Assembly (NCBI GenBank): GCA_002687495.1
Contig: NZAJ01000093.1
Span: 238-64,237, forward strand
Direction: 5' to 3'
Length of the DNA stretch: 64,000 nucleotides
DNA from: Micavibrio sp.
GTDB taxonomy: Bacteria > Pseudomonadota > Alphaproteobacteria > Micavibrionales > Micavibrionaceae
The notes under the pieces are model-generated. The model did no database searches, was not told where the DNA came from, and saw only the letters and a list, made by a program, of their open reading frames with translations. Made by a program: the position numbers and the translations under genes. Shown one piece after another: positions 51,537 through 61,328 of the stretch (positions are counted from its first letter, which is position 1; each line of letters opens with the position of its first letter).

Positions 51537-53426
51537 ATGCGTATTAGACATTTGCCCGAAACTTTGATCAACCAGATTGCCGCCGGTGAGGTAATTGAGC
51601 GTCCATTTGCGGCTGTGAAAGAGCTGGTTGAGAATGCCATTGATGCGGGGGCCAGCCGCATTGATATCTCTTTGCGCGATGGCGGGAAGAGCTTAATCGT
51701 CATCTCTGATAATGGCTGTGGAATGGGGCAAGAAGATTTAGAAGCGGCCGTTGAGCGCCATGCGACATCGAAGCTGCCGGAAAATGATCTGGTTCATATT
51801 GAGCATATGGGCTTTCGCGGGGAAGCACTCGCCTCTATCGGGGCGGTGGCACGGCTGAAGATTATGAGCCGCGAGCAAGGCGCAGCGGAGAGTTTCGAGA
51901 TTAATGTTGAGGGCGGTAAAAAAGGCGACGTTATGCCAAGCGCGCACCCTTTGGGTACGCAAATTGAGGTGCGTGATCTGTTTTTTGCCACACCAGCCCG
52001 CTTAAAGTTTTTAAAATCGGAACGTAGCGAATATATGGCCGTTAAAGATGTTATTACACGTCTTGCGATGGCTTTTCCGCAAATTGCCTTTAGCCTGACC
52101 CATGATGAGAAGGTGGGTTTAAAGCTGCCTGCGACACAGGATGCGAGCAGCCGTCTCTCCGCGATTATGGGCAAAGAATTTGGTGAAAATGCCATGAAAA
52201 TCGAGGCTGAGCGCGAAGGTCTGACGCTTTCTGGTTATGCTGGATTACCAACGCTTCATCGCGGCACAGCCCAGCATCAATATCTTTTTGTCAATGGACG
52301 TCCGGTCAAAGATAAACTTTTAACGGGATGCGTACGGGCCGCTTATGCCGATGTGCTTCATGGAGGTCGCCACCCTCTTTTAGCGCTTTCACTTCATGTG
52401 CCGCCAGAAGAAGTGGATGTTAACGTACATCCGCAAAAAGCCGAGGTGCGTTTTCGTGATCCAGGGCTGGTTCGCGGCTTGATTATATCCGCCTTGAAAA
52501 AAGCTATTCATGAGCATGGCGGCGCGGCCTCCTCCAGTGTTTCAATGCAAGCTTTGGGGCGCTTCAGCCCTGAGCATAGCGCAAGCGCGGGTGCTTCTGC
52601 GCCCTCACCGTCCCTGCCGCTTACGCGTTCTCAAGGCGCGCCTGTACCGATGAGCTATGCACGCTCTGGGAGCGGTGCGCCAGCCTATATGCCGTCCTAT
52701 AATTCTGCGATGCATGACTCGCAAATGGCTGTTTTTGAGCCGATTACGCCTGCACATAGCCAAGGCTCTTTAGCCGTGGATATGGCGCCTGCCGCGCGCT
52801 TTGAAGCAGAAGCCAATGAAATACAAGAGGTGCGAAGCGATAACTTCCCGCTTGGTTCTGCGCGGGCGCAGCTTCATCAGAATTATATTGTTGCGCAAAC
52901 CTCTCAAGGCCTCGTGATTGTTGATCAACATGCAGCGCATGAGCGCCTTGTTTATGAGCGCTTTAAGGCGCAAATGGAGGAGCGCGGCATTGAAAAGCAA
53001 GGCCTGCTCAGCCCGGAAATTATCGAGCTAGAGGAGCGTGATGCAGCGCGCTTGCTTAAGCATAGTGAAGCACTTGCCAAGCTCGGGCTTGAGATTGAGC
53101 CTTTTGGCGCAGGCGCTATTGCGGTGCAGAGCCTTCCTGCGTTACTAGGGGACAAGCCAAATTTGCAAGGGCTTATTAACGACTTGGTTGATGAACTTGC
53201 TGAGCATGGTAATGCGCTCTCGCTGGAGGAACGTTTAAACCATATTCTTTCAACAATGGCCTGTCATGGCTCTATCCGCAGTGGGCGGCGCATGAATGCG
53301 GATGAAATGAATGCTCTGCTGAGACAAATGGAGCAAACACCTCTGTCCGGGCAGTGCAATCACGGACGCCCGACCTATATTGAGTTATCATTGGCTGATA
53401 TTGAAAAACTCTTTGGCCGCAGGTAG
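51537..53426 (+). CDS. mutL: DNA mismatch repair protein MutL
   Basis: 629 aa. GHKL ATPase motifs (IAAGEVIERP, ELVENAIDAG, DNGCGM) and a C-terminal dimerisation domain. Confidence 0.95.
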   Translation: MRIRHLPETLINQIAAGEVIERPFAAVKELVENAIDAGASRIDISLRDGGKSLIVISDNGCGMGQEDLEAAVERHATSKLPENDLVHIEHMGFRGEALASIGAVARLKIMSREQGAAESFEINVEGGKKGDVMPSAHPLGTQIEVRDLFFATPARLKFLKSERSEYMAVKDVITRLAMAFPQIAFSLTHDEKVGLKLPATQDASSRLSAIMGKEFGENAMKIEAEREGLTLSGYAGLPTLHRGTAQHQYLFVNGRPVKDKLLTGCVRAAYADVLHGGRHPLLALSLHVPPEEVDVNVHPQKAEVRFRDPGLVRGLIISALKKAIHEHGGAASSSVSMQALGRFSPEHSASAGASAPSPSLPLTRSQGAPVPMSYARSGSGAPAYMPSYNSAMHDSQMAVFEPITPAHSQGSLAVDMAPAARFEAEANEIQEVRSDNFPLGSARAQLHQNYIVAQTSQGLVIVDQHAAHERLVYERFKAQMEERGIEKQGLLSPEIIELEERDAARLLKHSEALAKLGLEIEPFGAGAIAVQSLPALLGDKPNLQGLINDLVDELAEHGNALSLEERLNHILSTMACHGSIRSGRRMNADEMNALLRQMEQTPLSGQCNHGRPTYIELSLADIEKLFGRR

Positions 53427-53456
53427 ACTCTTTACCTAACGATAACCGTAAGGACG

Positions 53457-54008
53457 ATGACTATGGATCATGACGCGCTCAAAAAAGAAAAAAGCATATT
53501 AATGAATATGTATGGCTTGTTTGGAGCCGCTATTATCTTGAGCGTTTTACCACATGTGGCGGCGGCCGTTTTATCGCTGATCTTTTTTAGCTTTGCTCTT
53601 ATACGCTGTTACGCTTTGCGCAAGAAGGCTGAGCACGCCTCGTTGATTGAAAATCATATGAGTTATTTGATCCGTACTTTTTGGATTTCGGCGCTGATTG
53701 CGTTTGTAACCATGATCGCTGCGGGGATTTATCTGTTCTCATCGATTGATCCGATGGCGTTTTACCCATGCGCTGAGCCGATTATTGCGCATGCGCAAGA
53801 AATGGCGGAGAAATCTGATATCGCCCTACTCGCCTCAATGAGCCAGCCTTGTATGGCAAATTTTTTAGAGGCTAATCGTCATGCTTTGATGGCCGCGCTT
53901 GCAATCGCAGCAGTGCCTGTTTTGCTTTATGTAGGCTATCGATTTGCCGCGGGCTTATCACGCGCTAGTAAAGGCTATCGTATGGCTAACCCTAAGGGAT
54001 GGCTGTAG
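53457..54008 (+). CDS. hypothetical integral membrane protein (about 4 TM)
   Basis: 183 aa with four hydrophobic segments. Its stop overlaps or abuts the next ORF. Confidence 0.6.
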   Translation: MTMDHDALKKEKSILMNMYGLFGAAIILSVLPHVAAAVLSLIFFSFALIRCYALRKKAEHASLIENHMSYLIRTFWISALIAFVTMIAAGIYLFSSIDPMAFYPCAEPIIAHAQEMAEKSDIALLASMSQPCMANFLEANRHALMAALAIAAVPVLLYVGYRFAAGLSRASKGYRMANPKGWL

Positions 54009-54013
54009 AGATC

Positions 54014-54664
54014 ATGAAACTGAACATTTATTTTGCTGGTGGTTTATTTGATCATAAAGAGCTGGTCGGCAATAAGATCATGGCTGAGGCGATCATGCGA
54101 GAAAGCACGCATTTTCGTATTATCTTGCCACAAGATTTAGAGCATGAAAGTAGCCGCGATATTCATATCCGCAATGCTGATTTACTAGGCGTTGCGCAAG
54201 CTGATGCTTTGATTGTGAATATGGATGGGGCGCCTTTGGATGATGGTACTGTCGCCGAGTTCATCTTTGCAAAAGCGCTTGATATTCCATGCGTGTTATT
54301 TCGCTCTGATTTTAGAGGCGCAGGCGACGCTCAACATGCTGGCGCTGATCCGTGGAACTTAATGCTTTCAGGCTGGCCTCGATGTGAGCGCTATATCATT
54401 AATGCCCTTGCTCATTATGAGAAGGATTATGAAGCGATGATGGCAAGCTATAGCCATATCGCTAAGGGCTTGGCTGATGCGCTTGATAAGGTTTTGGCAG
54501 CGCCAGCCGTTTTAAGTGATGCACAAGAGTTACGCTTAGCGTTTAAGATGCAGCAAAAGCTATGCGGGAGCGCGTTTGAGCAATATTTAAGTGATGAGAA
54601 AATTGAAGCCCTTATTCAGCGCCGCCTCGATACACATGCCCGCTATTTGCATACACTCTCTTAG
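54014..54664 (+). CDS. nucleoside 2-deoxyribosyltransferase-like protein
   Basis: The N-terminus MKLNIYFAGGLF and the DDGTVAEF..AKALDIP segment resemble the NDT/Rossmann-like family. An alternative ATG at 53999 overlaps the upstream gene. Confidence 0.55.
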   Translation: MKLNIYFAGGLFDHKELVGNKIMAEAIMRESTHFRIILPQDLEHESSRDIHIRNADLLGVAQADALIVNMDGAPLDDGTVAEFIFAKALDIPCVLFRSDFRGAGDAQHAGADPWNLMLSGWPRCERYIINALAHYEKDYEAMMASYSHIAKGLADALDKVLAAPAVLSDAQELRLAFKMQQKLCGSAFEQYLSDEKIEALIQRRLDTHARYLHTLS

Positions 54665-54673
54665 CCAGTAGCG

Positions 54674-55393
54674 TTATGCACTGAGAAGCTGTAAATAACG
54701 GTGAGCGGCTTTTAAATCTCTCATCATTGCATCGCGTTTGCTTTGCTCCATAGGATCAAGGCCGTATTTCTCCTGATCATAGATTTTACCTTTAAAATCT
54801 TCCTCAACATGCGCGGCCGCAAAAAGATCTTCAGGCGTAATCGCATGTTTTATAAAGGCTAGGCCAAGCACAAGCGAGCCGCTAGCGGACACAGCTAATT
54901 GAAAGGCTGTGAAATGATGATCATCTAAATCAGCGATATAAGAGGCGACAAGCTGATGAGCGAGCGGCGGCTGATTTAGGGCTGTGATCGCACTGGTTGT
55001 TTCTAGACGGCTATCAAAATGCTCTTCAAACCAATCAACCCATTTATCCCAAGCTTGTTCCTGCGCTTCGCGCTGCCCTGGCGGCTCATCCCCTGCGCGG
55101 TAGCAAATAAGGTCTGTATCTATATATTTAAGAACGGCGCTTTCCATTGCCGCACGCTCTCTGGCCACGCGATCTAAACAGGTGGTTAGGATTTGCGTAA
55201 TTGGCATGCTATCAGGAATGATCGTTTCTTGCTGCGCACTCCATTCGGCGGCAATTGCGAAGGCCATATCTTCGCTCGGGGCAAGCAGAGTCGCGCCTGA
55301 GGGGCATTTCACCGGGCGCTTATCGAGCATCACATGCCAGCCATTTGCCGCATCATCTTTTAGTGTTGAGACGAGTTTATAAAACTTTTTCAC
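54674..55393 (-). CDS. ATP12-family F1-ATPase assembly chaperone
   Basis: 239 aa. The pattern WHV.LD.RPVK.P....L..P...LA.AIA.EW is typical of ATP12. Confidence 0.85.
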   Translation of the reverse strand: MKKFYKLVSTLKDDAANGWHVMLDKRPVKCPSGATLLAPSEDMAFAIAAEWSAQQETIIPDSMPITQILTTCLDRVARERAAMESAVLKYIDTDLICYRAGDEPPGQREAQEQAWDKWVDWFEEHFDSRLETTSAITALNQPPLAHQLVASYIADLDDHHFTAFQLAVSASGSLVLGLAFIKHAITPEDLFAAAHVEEDFKGKIYDQEKYGLDPMEQSKRDAMMRDLKAAHRYLQLLSA

Positions 55394-57351
55394 TCTTTTG
55401 GGCCCTCTTGATTATCTTTCTTAACGCCAGCCTCTTTAGCTTCATTACTTTCAGCTTTTTGGGGCTGTTCTTGCTTTGGCTGTTCCAGTTGCTGCTTTTC
55501 AATCACAAACGCTTTACAGGGGTGATCATCATCCAAGCTCACACCAACAAGCGTTACAGCATAAAAGGCTGGATTGACCGCCCCGAGCAAAAGCCCGCCA
55601 ATTTTCTTGCTGACATCTTTTATGCTCGGTCTGATTGTAGGGTTTGAAAGCGATCCAGAAAGCACCACACCTGTTGAGATATTGCCGATCGATACATCTT
55701 TTGCCTTTGGCGAGATTTTCAGATCCAGCACATCCTTTACGACATCATAATCCCCAGCGCCCGTTACCGATATGCGTTTAGTATCTAAGAGCATCGTTTT
55801 GATTTCGGCTAGAGAGCCTTTTAGATTAAGGTCCAGCACAGCACAGCCAACATTGAGCTCTTCTTCAGGGCTGAAACTAGGCAGCATCGCATTGAGCAAG
55901 CCGCCGCCCCAAAGCTCAAGCAAGCCTGTTCTCATCTGCCCTTGCCCTGCAACAAAGCTAAAGTGACCATCCATTGCGCTTAGCATTTGATCAACAGTGC
56001 GGCCTTGCGTTTTCATATTGAGCGCAAAATCACCGCTTCCCTTTAGCGAAGCTTCAGGCATGACTTGCTCTTGCAAGGCACCGTGGTTAAATTTCTTCAC
56101 ATTTATTTGCATACTCATAGTGGCTGGGTCTTGAGCCGCATTAATTTCAAAATCCCCTGTGAGATCGCCTTGGCTTATCTTTCCTGATAAAGGGTCTAGG
56201 GTGAGTATTTTGTTTTTAATGAGTAACGGTGCTTTAACTTCACCGAGGTTAACTGCACCGCTGCGGAGCTCTTCGATATCAAGAGCGATATCTATGTCGA
56301 GATCAGAAAACTCAAAATCACCTGAGTTGCTTTTATCCGTGCTCACAAGAGCATTGAGCGTATTAATTGTAGTCATCAAAGCGCTTTGCCCATCCACATC
56401 AGAAAGATGTAATCTTTTGGCCTTAAGCGTGCCTTTTACAACTTTGGTTTCGCCTTGTTCGCTATAGGATAGATCAGGCTCAATTTGTGTCTTATTCGGC
56501 TCGATCACTAAATCCCCATCGATATCCCAGCCAGATGATGCGAGGGCTTGAAGATTAAGCGTTCCTTTTAAAACCACATTTTCGTTATCACTCACCATCA
56601 AATCAGCAAGCTCAAAACCGCCCAAGACTTTTGGCTTCATGTTCGCCGTTATGGAGATCGCACCGATTTTCATTTCTAGCGGGCGTTCTTCAGCAAGCTT
56701 ATATTGCGTAGCCGCTCCAGAGTTCACGCGTTCAAAACCGATACTCGCTGTGATTGGGGTTTGCTCAATAGAAGCCTTAATAGATAATGGCACTTTATTC
56801 TCTTGAGCTTTTTCTTCATTGAAAAACACATATTCAACTGCGAGTGCTTTAGGCAATAGAGTCCCCGCATTGGCTTTTAAGTTTTTCAATTCAATATTTT
56901 TTATATAGCCATTGGCAAATGCGAGGGCGAAAAAGCTCATATCAAGACGGAGCTTTTCAATGCTCATAACAGGCTTATCGCTTAGCACCAACTCTTTAGG
57001 CGCTTGAGGTGTTTCTGCCTCTTGCTCTTGTTCTTGCGTCTGCTCAACTTCGGCAGTTTCTAGCGCTTCAAAGAACTCTATATTTGATGCATCGATCGAG
57101 ATATAGGGGAAAAATTTCATATGCCCAAATTCATTAATCTTAGCGTGATAGCCAGATTTAATGGTAAGCACTTCTTCCACCGCGCCTTTGAGGGTATCGC
57201 TATTACCGCCAATAAAGGTGAGCGCGGTTAGGGACATAAAAAGCAATACGCCAAGATAGAATGTGAATTTAAATGCAAATTTAAATAGGCGCTTAGGTAA
57301 TGACTTTTTCTGTGGCTTTTCTGTTTGAAGGCCGTTCTCGTCTTCGCTCAT
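55390..57351 (-). CDS. AsmA-family-like envelope protein
   Basis: 653 aa. N-terminal TM anchor, a long beta-rich body and a C-terminal acidic/Lys-rich tail. 4-bp overlap with the ATP12 gene. Confidence 0.55.
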   Translation of the reverse strand: MSEDENGLQTEKPQKKSLPKRLFKFAFKFTFYLGVLLFMSLTALTFIGGNSDTLKGAVEEVLTIKSGYHAKINEFGHMKFFPYISIDASNIEFFEALETAEVEQTQEQEQEAETPQAPKELVLSDKPVMSIEKLRLDMSFFALAFANGYIKNIELKNLKANAGTLLPKALAVEYVFFNEEKAQENKVPLSIKASIEQTPITASIGFERVNSGAATQYKLAEERPLEMKIGAISITANMKPKVLGGFELADLMVSDNENVVLKGTLNLQALASSGWDIDGDLVIEPNKTQIEPDLSYSEQGETKVVKGTLKAKRLHLSDVDGQSALMTTINTLNALVSTDKSNSGDFEFSDLDIDIALDIEELRSGAVNLGEVKAPLLIKNKILTLDPLSGKISQGDLTGDFEINAAQDPATMSMQINVKKFNHGALQEQVMPEASLKGSGDFALNMKTQGRTVDQMLSAMDGHFSFVAGQGQMRTGLLELWGGGLLNAMLPSFSPEEELNVGCAVLDLNLKGSLAEIKTMLLDTKRISVTGAGDYDVVKDVLDLKISPKAKDVSIGNISTGVVLSGSLSNPTIRPSIKDVSKKIGGLLLGAVNPAFYAVTLVGVSLDDDHPCKAFVIEKQQLEQPKQEQPQKAESNEAKEAGVKKDNQEGPKE

Positions 57352-57387
57352 AATATTCCTTTATATTTTTTAAGGGCTGCTTAGCCT

Positions 57388-58401
57388 TTATTCAAATGGA
57401 TCTTCTTTTAAGTTCGGGCTAAAGCCGAGCTTCTTCCAACTTGTTTTCAGCTCCGGTGGTAATGGCGCTGTAATATCCAGTATTCCAGCGCGCCCCGGAT
57501 GCGGCAAAATAATGCGGCGTGCATGAAGATGAAGTCGATCAGCCAAGCCTAATGCCGATAGATCTGCTTCGGCTTTACGGCGTGCTTCATGCGTTTCCTC
57601 CTGCTCAGGCAGGCGGGCATATTTGTTATCCCCTACGATTGGGCAGCCCATAAGTTCACTATGGACGCGAATTTGGTGCGTGCGGCCTGTGCGTGGCCAA
57701 AATGCCATAAAGGCTGCGCTGTCTAGAGCTTGTTCAAGCATGATAAATTCAGTGATTGCTGTTTTACCCTGTTCTTCATCAACGACCATGCGCTCTTTAT
57801 TATTGCCACCAGCTTTGAATAAAGGGGCTTTGATTGTACCCTCATGCATCTCAGGTGTTGGGCAGACAACAGCCCAATAGATTTTCTTTACATCCCTACT
57901 TTTGAAAGCATCACCTAATTTGCGCGCTATTTTTGCTGAGCGCGCCAAGAGTAATATACCGCTTGTTTCTTTATCCAAGCGATGTACAAGGCGCGGCTTT
58001 ACGCCGTCTCTATCGGCAAGTGCTTCTAGGAGGCCATCAATGTGATATTTAATTTTGCTGCCGCCTTGCGTGGGTATGCCATGCGGTTTATTCAGCGCGA
58101 TAACATCTTCATCTTGATAGATCACTAGATCTTTCATGAAAGCGCGGTCTTTATCGCTCAGCTTAAATGTCTTTTGTTCTTTTTCACGCTGCCCTTCGAT
58201 CGGCGGAATGCGCACCTCTTGCCCTGCACTTAGGCGCGATTCAGGTTTTGCGCGTTTACCATCTACGCGAATTTGACCTTTACGCATAAGCTTTTGTGAC
58301 AAGCCATAAGGTAGCTCCGGCACTTCTTTTTTCAGCCAACGATCAAGGCGCTGACCGTCATCATCATCTTTAACTTTTATATGTCTTACTTGTGTGCTCA
58401 T
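57388..58401 (-). CDS. RluA-family 23S rRNA pseudouridine synthase (RluC/D-like, with S4 domain)
   Basis: 337 aa. HRLDKETSG catalytic motif and an N-terminal S4-like region. Confidence 0.9.
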   Translation of the reverse strand: MSTQVRHIKVKDDDDGQRLDRWLKKEVPELPYGLSQKLMRKGQIRVDGKRAKPESRLSAGQEVRIPPIEGQREKEQKTFKLSDKDRAFMKDLVIYQDEDVIALNKPHGIPTQGGSKIKYHIDGLLEALADRDGVKPRLVHRLDKETSGILLLARSAKIARKLGDAFKSRDVKKIYWAVVCPTPEMHEGTIKAPLFKAGGNNKERMVVDEEQGKTAITEFIMLEQALDSAAFMAFWPRTGRTHQIRVHSELMGCPIVGDNKYARLPEQEETHEARRKAEADLSALGLADRLHLHARRIILPHPGRAGILDITAPLPPELKTSWKKLGFSPNLKEDPFE

Positions 58402-58781
58402 GAAATAAAAGACCTCGCAGCAGCCATCGCTGCAAAAAGAGCAATGATTGAAATTATAACGGATATACCAACATAAAGAGCGGCGCTTACATAATTGCCG
58501 CGCTCAAACAATGTGGCAAAATCTAAAGAGAATGTCGAAAATGTTGTGAAGGCGCCGAGCAATCCCGTGATCAGGAATGCACGCATAAATTCGGGCGGGC
58601 TGAAATAATGGGCAAGCACGACCACGAGCGCACCCATCACGGCAGAGCCTGTAATATTCACAAATAATGTTCCGTAAGGAAAACCATGACCTAATAGCTT
58701 TACGGCAGCCATATTCGCACCATGGCGCAGCATAGCGCCCATCGCGCCGCCAGCGGCTATTGCTGCAAATGTTTGTATCAT
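58398..58781 (-). CDS. crcB: fluoride ion channel CrcB/FluC
   Basis: 127 aa, 4 TM segments. GAMLR, the F.N..G-type motif FVNITGS, and GAFTTFSTF. Confidence 0.93.
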   Translation of the reverse strand: MIQTFAAIAAGGAMGAMLRHGANMAAVKLLGHGFPYGTLFVNITGSAVMGALVVVLAHYFSPPEFMRAFLITGLLGAFTTFSTFSLDFATLFERGNYVSAALYVGISVIISIIALFAAMAAARSFIS

Positions 58782-58833
58782 TCTTATATCCTATCTATAG
58801 ACTTTGCGCTTACACTAAGATATTTAGCTTCAC

Positions 58834-59709
58834 ATGTTAAGTGCTTTCACACCAAGCTTACGCGGAATTATTGTCGGGCTCATCGGCTTTTTGTCATTCG
58901 CCGCTGCAGATACGTGCGCGAAATGGCTTGGCATGCGCTATGAAACAGCTAGCGTTATCTTTTGGACCTATTTGATTTGCTTGATTTTGGGCCTTATCGC
59001 TTCGCCATTTTTGGGCGGGATTAAAGCGACATTAAAGACACCAAAGCTGCCTATCCATATAGCGCGCGGGGTTTGCTCTATCGGGATTGCGGCGTGCGTT
59101 ATCAAGGCGATGTCGATGGGATTGCCGCAAGCCAGCCTCTACACAATCCTTTTTTTAGCCCCCTTTTTAACCGCCTTACTTGCTTGGCCGCTTTATAAAG
59201 AACCAGTTCCAGCAAAGCATTGGGGGATTATAGCTTTGGGTTTTGCAGGCACGTTAATTGCGCTGCGCCCTGGTATTGAGCCAATATCATTGGAAGAGCT
59301 CTATGCTTTTGCCGCTCTTGGTTTTGTTGTTATTCTGGGATTGCTTGCGCGCCCACTAGATGCGCGTGAGAGCCTTCATTCTTTATCTTTTTACCCAGCG
59401 CTGATTACGCTCATCATTGTAACACCGTTTTTATTTGATCAAGGCTTAAGCCTGCCTGAGAGCATGCATCACTGGTTCATCTATGTGTTAGGGGCTATAT
59501 GTGTTCTGATGGGATTAAGCGGGATCGCACATGGTTTTCGCATTGCGCCCTATTCGCTGGTAGCGCCGCTTCAATATAGCGAAATGGTTTTTGCCGTTTT
59601 GGCCGGATATATCCTTTTTAACGATCAGCTTGATCTGTGGACATATATCGGCTCTGCGCTTATTATTTTGAGTGGAATTTGGCTCGTCGTAAAAGGAAAA
59701 CATCACTGA
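58834..59709 (+). CDS. EamA/DMT-family transporter
   Basis: 291 aa, about 10 TM segments with a duplicated EamA-like architecture. Confidence 0.8.
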   Translation: MLSAFTPSLRGIIVGLIGFLSFAAADTCAKWLGMRYETASVIFWTYLICLILGLIASPFLGGIKATLKTPKLPIHIARGVCSIGIAACVIKAMSMGLPQASLYTILFLAPFLTALLAWPLYKEPVPAKHWGIIALGFAGTLIALRPGIEPISLEELYAFAALGFVVILGLLARPLDARESLHSLSFYPALITLIIVTPFLFDQGLSLPESMHHWFIYVLGAICVLMGLSGIAHGFRIAPYSLVAPLQYSEMVFAVLAGYILFNDQLDLWTYIGSALIILSGIWLVVKGKHH

Positions 59710-60653
59710 TGAAACGCGTATCTTTTGTCATCACACTCTATAACAAAACGCCCTATCTCCCTTATCTTTTAGGCGGTTTAGCCGCGCAGAAAGGTGATTT
59801 TGAAGCGGAATATGTTTTTGTCGATGATGGCTCAACCGATGACACGGTCAAGGCTTTAAAGGAACAAACGCAAGGCTGGGACAATGTCATTATCATTGAG
59901 CAGAAAAATGCTGGGCCGGCTGTTGCTATCAATAATGGCTTTAAGCGCGCTAGCGGTGATTACATTAAGCCTATCGATGGTGATGACATGCTTTTACCGC
60001 ATGCAACACAGAGCCTCATCGAAGCTTTAGAAGCGCATGATGCTGATTTTTCTTATGCGCCTTATATCCAACAAAGCGCCTATATTGTAGGACAAGACCC
60101 GCAAGAGGCGTTACAAATCGCGCATAATGAAAATGCGGCGCACAGTTATGAGGACAACTTCTTTCACATCAGTTTAAAAAGTGCACAGACAAACCCTACA
60201 TGCTGGATCGCGAAACGCGAAATCGTTGAACGTTCTGGCGGAAGCGATGAGGCCATCTTTATTCAGGATTATTCTTTAGAGCTGCGCCTTGCTTTAATCT
60301 GCAAAGCTGCGCGCCTTGATGATGTCATTATGGCGATCCCACAAGAAGCCGAAGGCCGTTTATCAGGCAATGATGCGCAAATTTTGCATGATGTGAATTT
60401 GGCTCTCATGCGCTTTGTTCGCGAGCATGAAGCAACGCTCTCTCGAGATGTGATTCAGCACTCTATTCGCCGTGCGTTAGGCCGCGCTTGGAAATGGCAA
60501 AAACGTCATAGCACGATTGATTTGAGCGGTGTAAAGCTTGCTATTCGTTATTTAACAAGCTCTTTTATCATAGCAAAGCCGAGTGAAGAATTAGAAAAGA
60601 TCACATGCGCTCCTTTTACGCATAATGCTCAACTTCGCTTGAAGAGCGCTTAA
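59709..60653 (+). CDS. family 2 glycosyltransferase
   Basis: The start ATG overlaps the EamA stop (TGATG). VSFVITLYN, VFVDDGSTDDT and DGDD motifs. Confidence 0.85.
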   Translation: MKRVSFVITLYNKTPYLPYLLGGLAAQKGDFEAEYVFVDDGSTDDTVKALKEQTQGWDNVIIIEQKNAGPAVAINNGFKRASGDYIKPIDGDDMLLPHATQSLIEALEAHDADFSYAPYIQQSAYIVGQDPQEALQIAHNENAAHSYEDNFFHISLKSAQTNPTCWIAKREIVERSGGSDEAIFIQDYSLELRLALICKAARLDDVIMAIPQEAEGRLSGNDAQILHDVNLALMRFVREHEATLSRDVIQHSIRRALGRAWKWQKRHSTIDLSGVKLAIRYLTSSFIIAKPSEELEKITCAPFTHNAQLRLKSA

Positions 60654-60715
60654 GGATAGGCATCGACAAGATTGGAAATCTTGACACATTACCATAACTA
60701 TGCACATATGCATGC

Positions 60716-61279
60716 ATGAGCGATAAAACTAGCAACGTAATGAATGCCTTTGAGAATGGCCGCTTGCGATATCACACAAGGCAATCGGCCTGCCCATTTT
60801 TAAATCAGGCAGATTTGCATTTTTTAAAAGAGATTCAGAGGCGCTCTGAGAACAACCTCATCCAGTTTCATGATCCTGTCATGGATGAGCTAAGGCTTCG
60901 CATCATTGCGGCAGGTTATAGTGATGAGATGAATGCCGCGTTCAGAGAGATGCTTAAAACACCTGACACGATTAATAGAGAGGCATTAATCACTATTTTA
61001 GAGCCGCTTAAAGATTTTTATCAATCACGCATAGATGAAGAATTAGATAGGCAGAAAGGATATGTAGATCAACTCAATTCTCACCGTAATGTCGAACAAT
61101 TATCAGAAGATATATATGATTACGACCATGAGATAAAATTGCGTAACATCATGCATTTATATGCTGGGCAATCGCCAGTTCTTGGCAAATTAAACGAGAT
61201 TACGGCGCATATAGATAAGATTATAAATCCGAAGCCGGCTACAGCAGTAGCGCAATTCACTCCCAAGCCAGCTGAATAA
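60716..61279 (+). CDS. hypothetical protein (ORFan, 187 aa)
   Basis: Clean ORF with a helical, charged composition and no recognisable motif. Confidence 0.55.
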   Translation: MSDKTSNVMNAFENGRLRYHTRQSACPFLNQADLHFLKEIQRRSENNLIQFHDPVMDELRLRIIAAGYSDEMNAAFREMLKTPDTINREALITILEPLKDFYQSRIDEELDRQKGYVDQLNSHRNVEQLSEDIYDYDHEIKLRNIMHLYAGQSPVLGKLNEITAHIDKIINPKPATAVAQFTPKPAE

Positions 61280-61328
61280 TGTGCCTCCTTAGGTCTATTT
61301 GAGCCTCTTCACTTGAGTTAGAACACCA

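Noticed and set aside
58782-58833. Possible fluoride riboswitch upstream of crcB.
   Set aside because: Only about 52 bp separate crcB from the divergent EamA gene. Reading the minus strand, I find none of the conserved crcB-motif elements and no pseudoknot-forming segments.
59637-59708. 5' extension of the GT2 ORF offered by the ORF track (MDIYRLCAYYFEWNLARRKRKTSL...).
   Set aside because: The extension overlaps the end of the EamA gene in another frame. The ATG at 59709 gives the classic TGATG stop/start overlap and a typical GT2 N-terminus (MKRVSFVITLYN).
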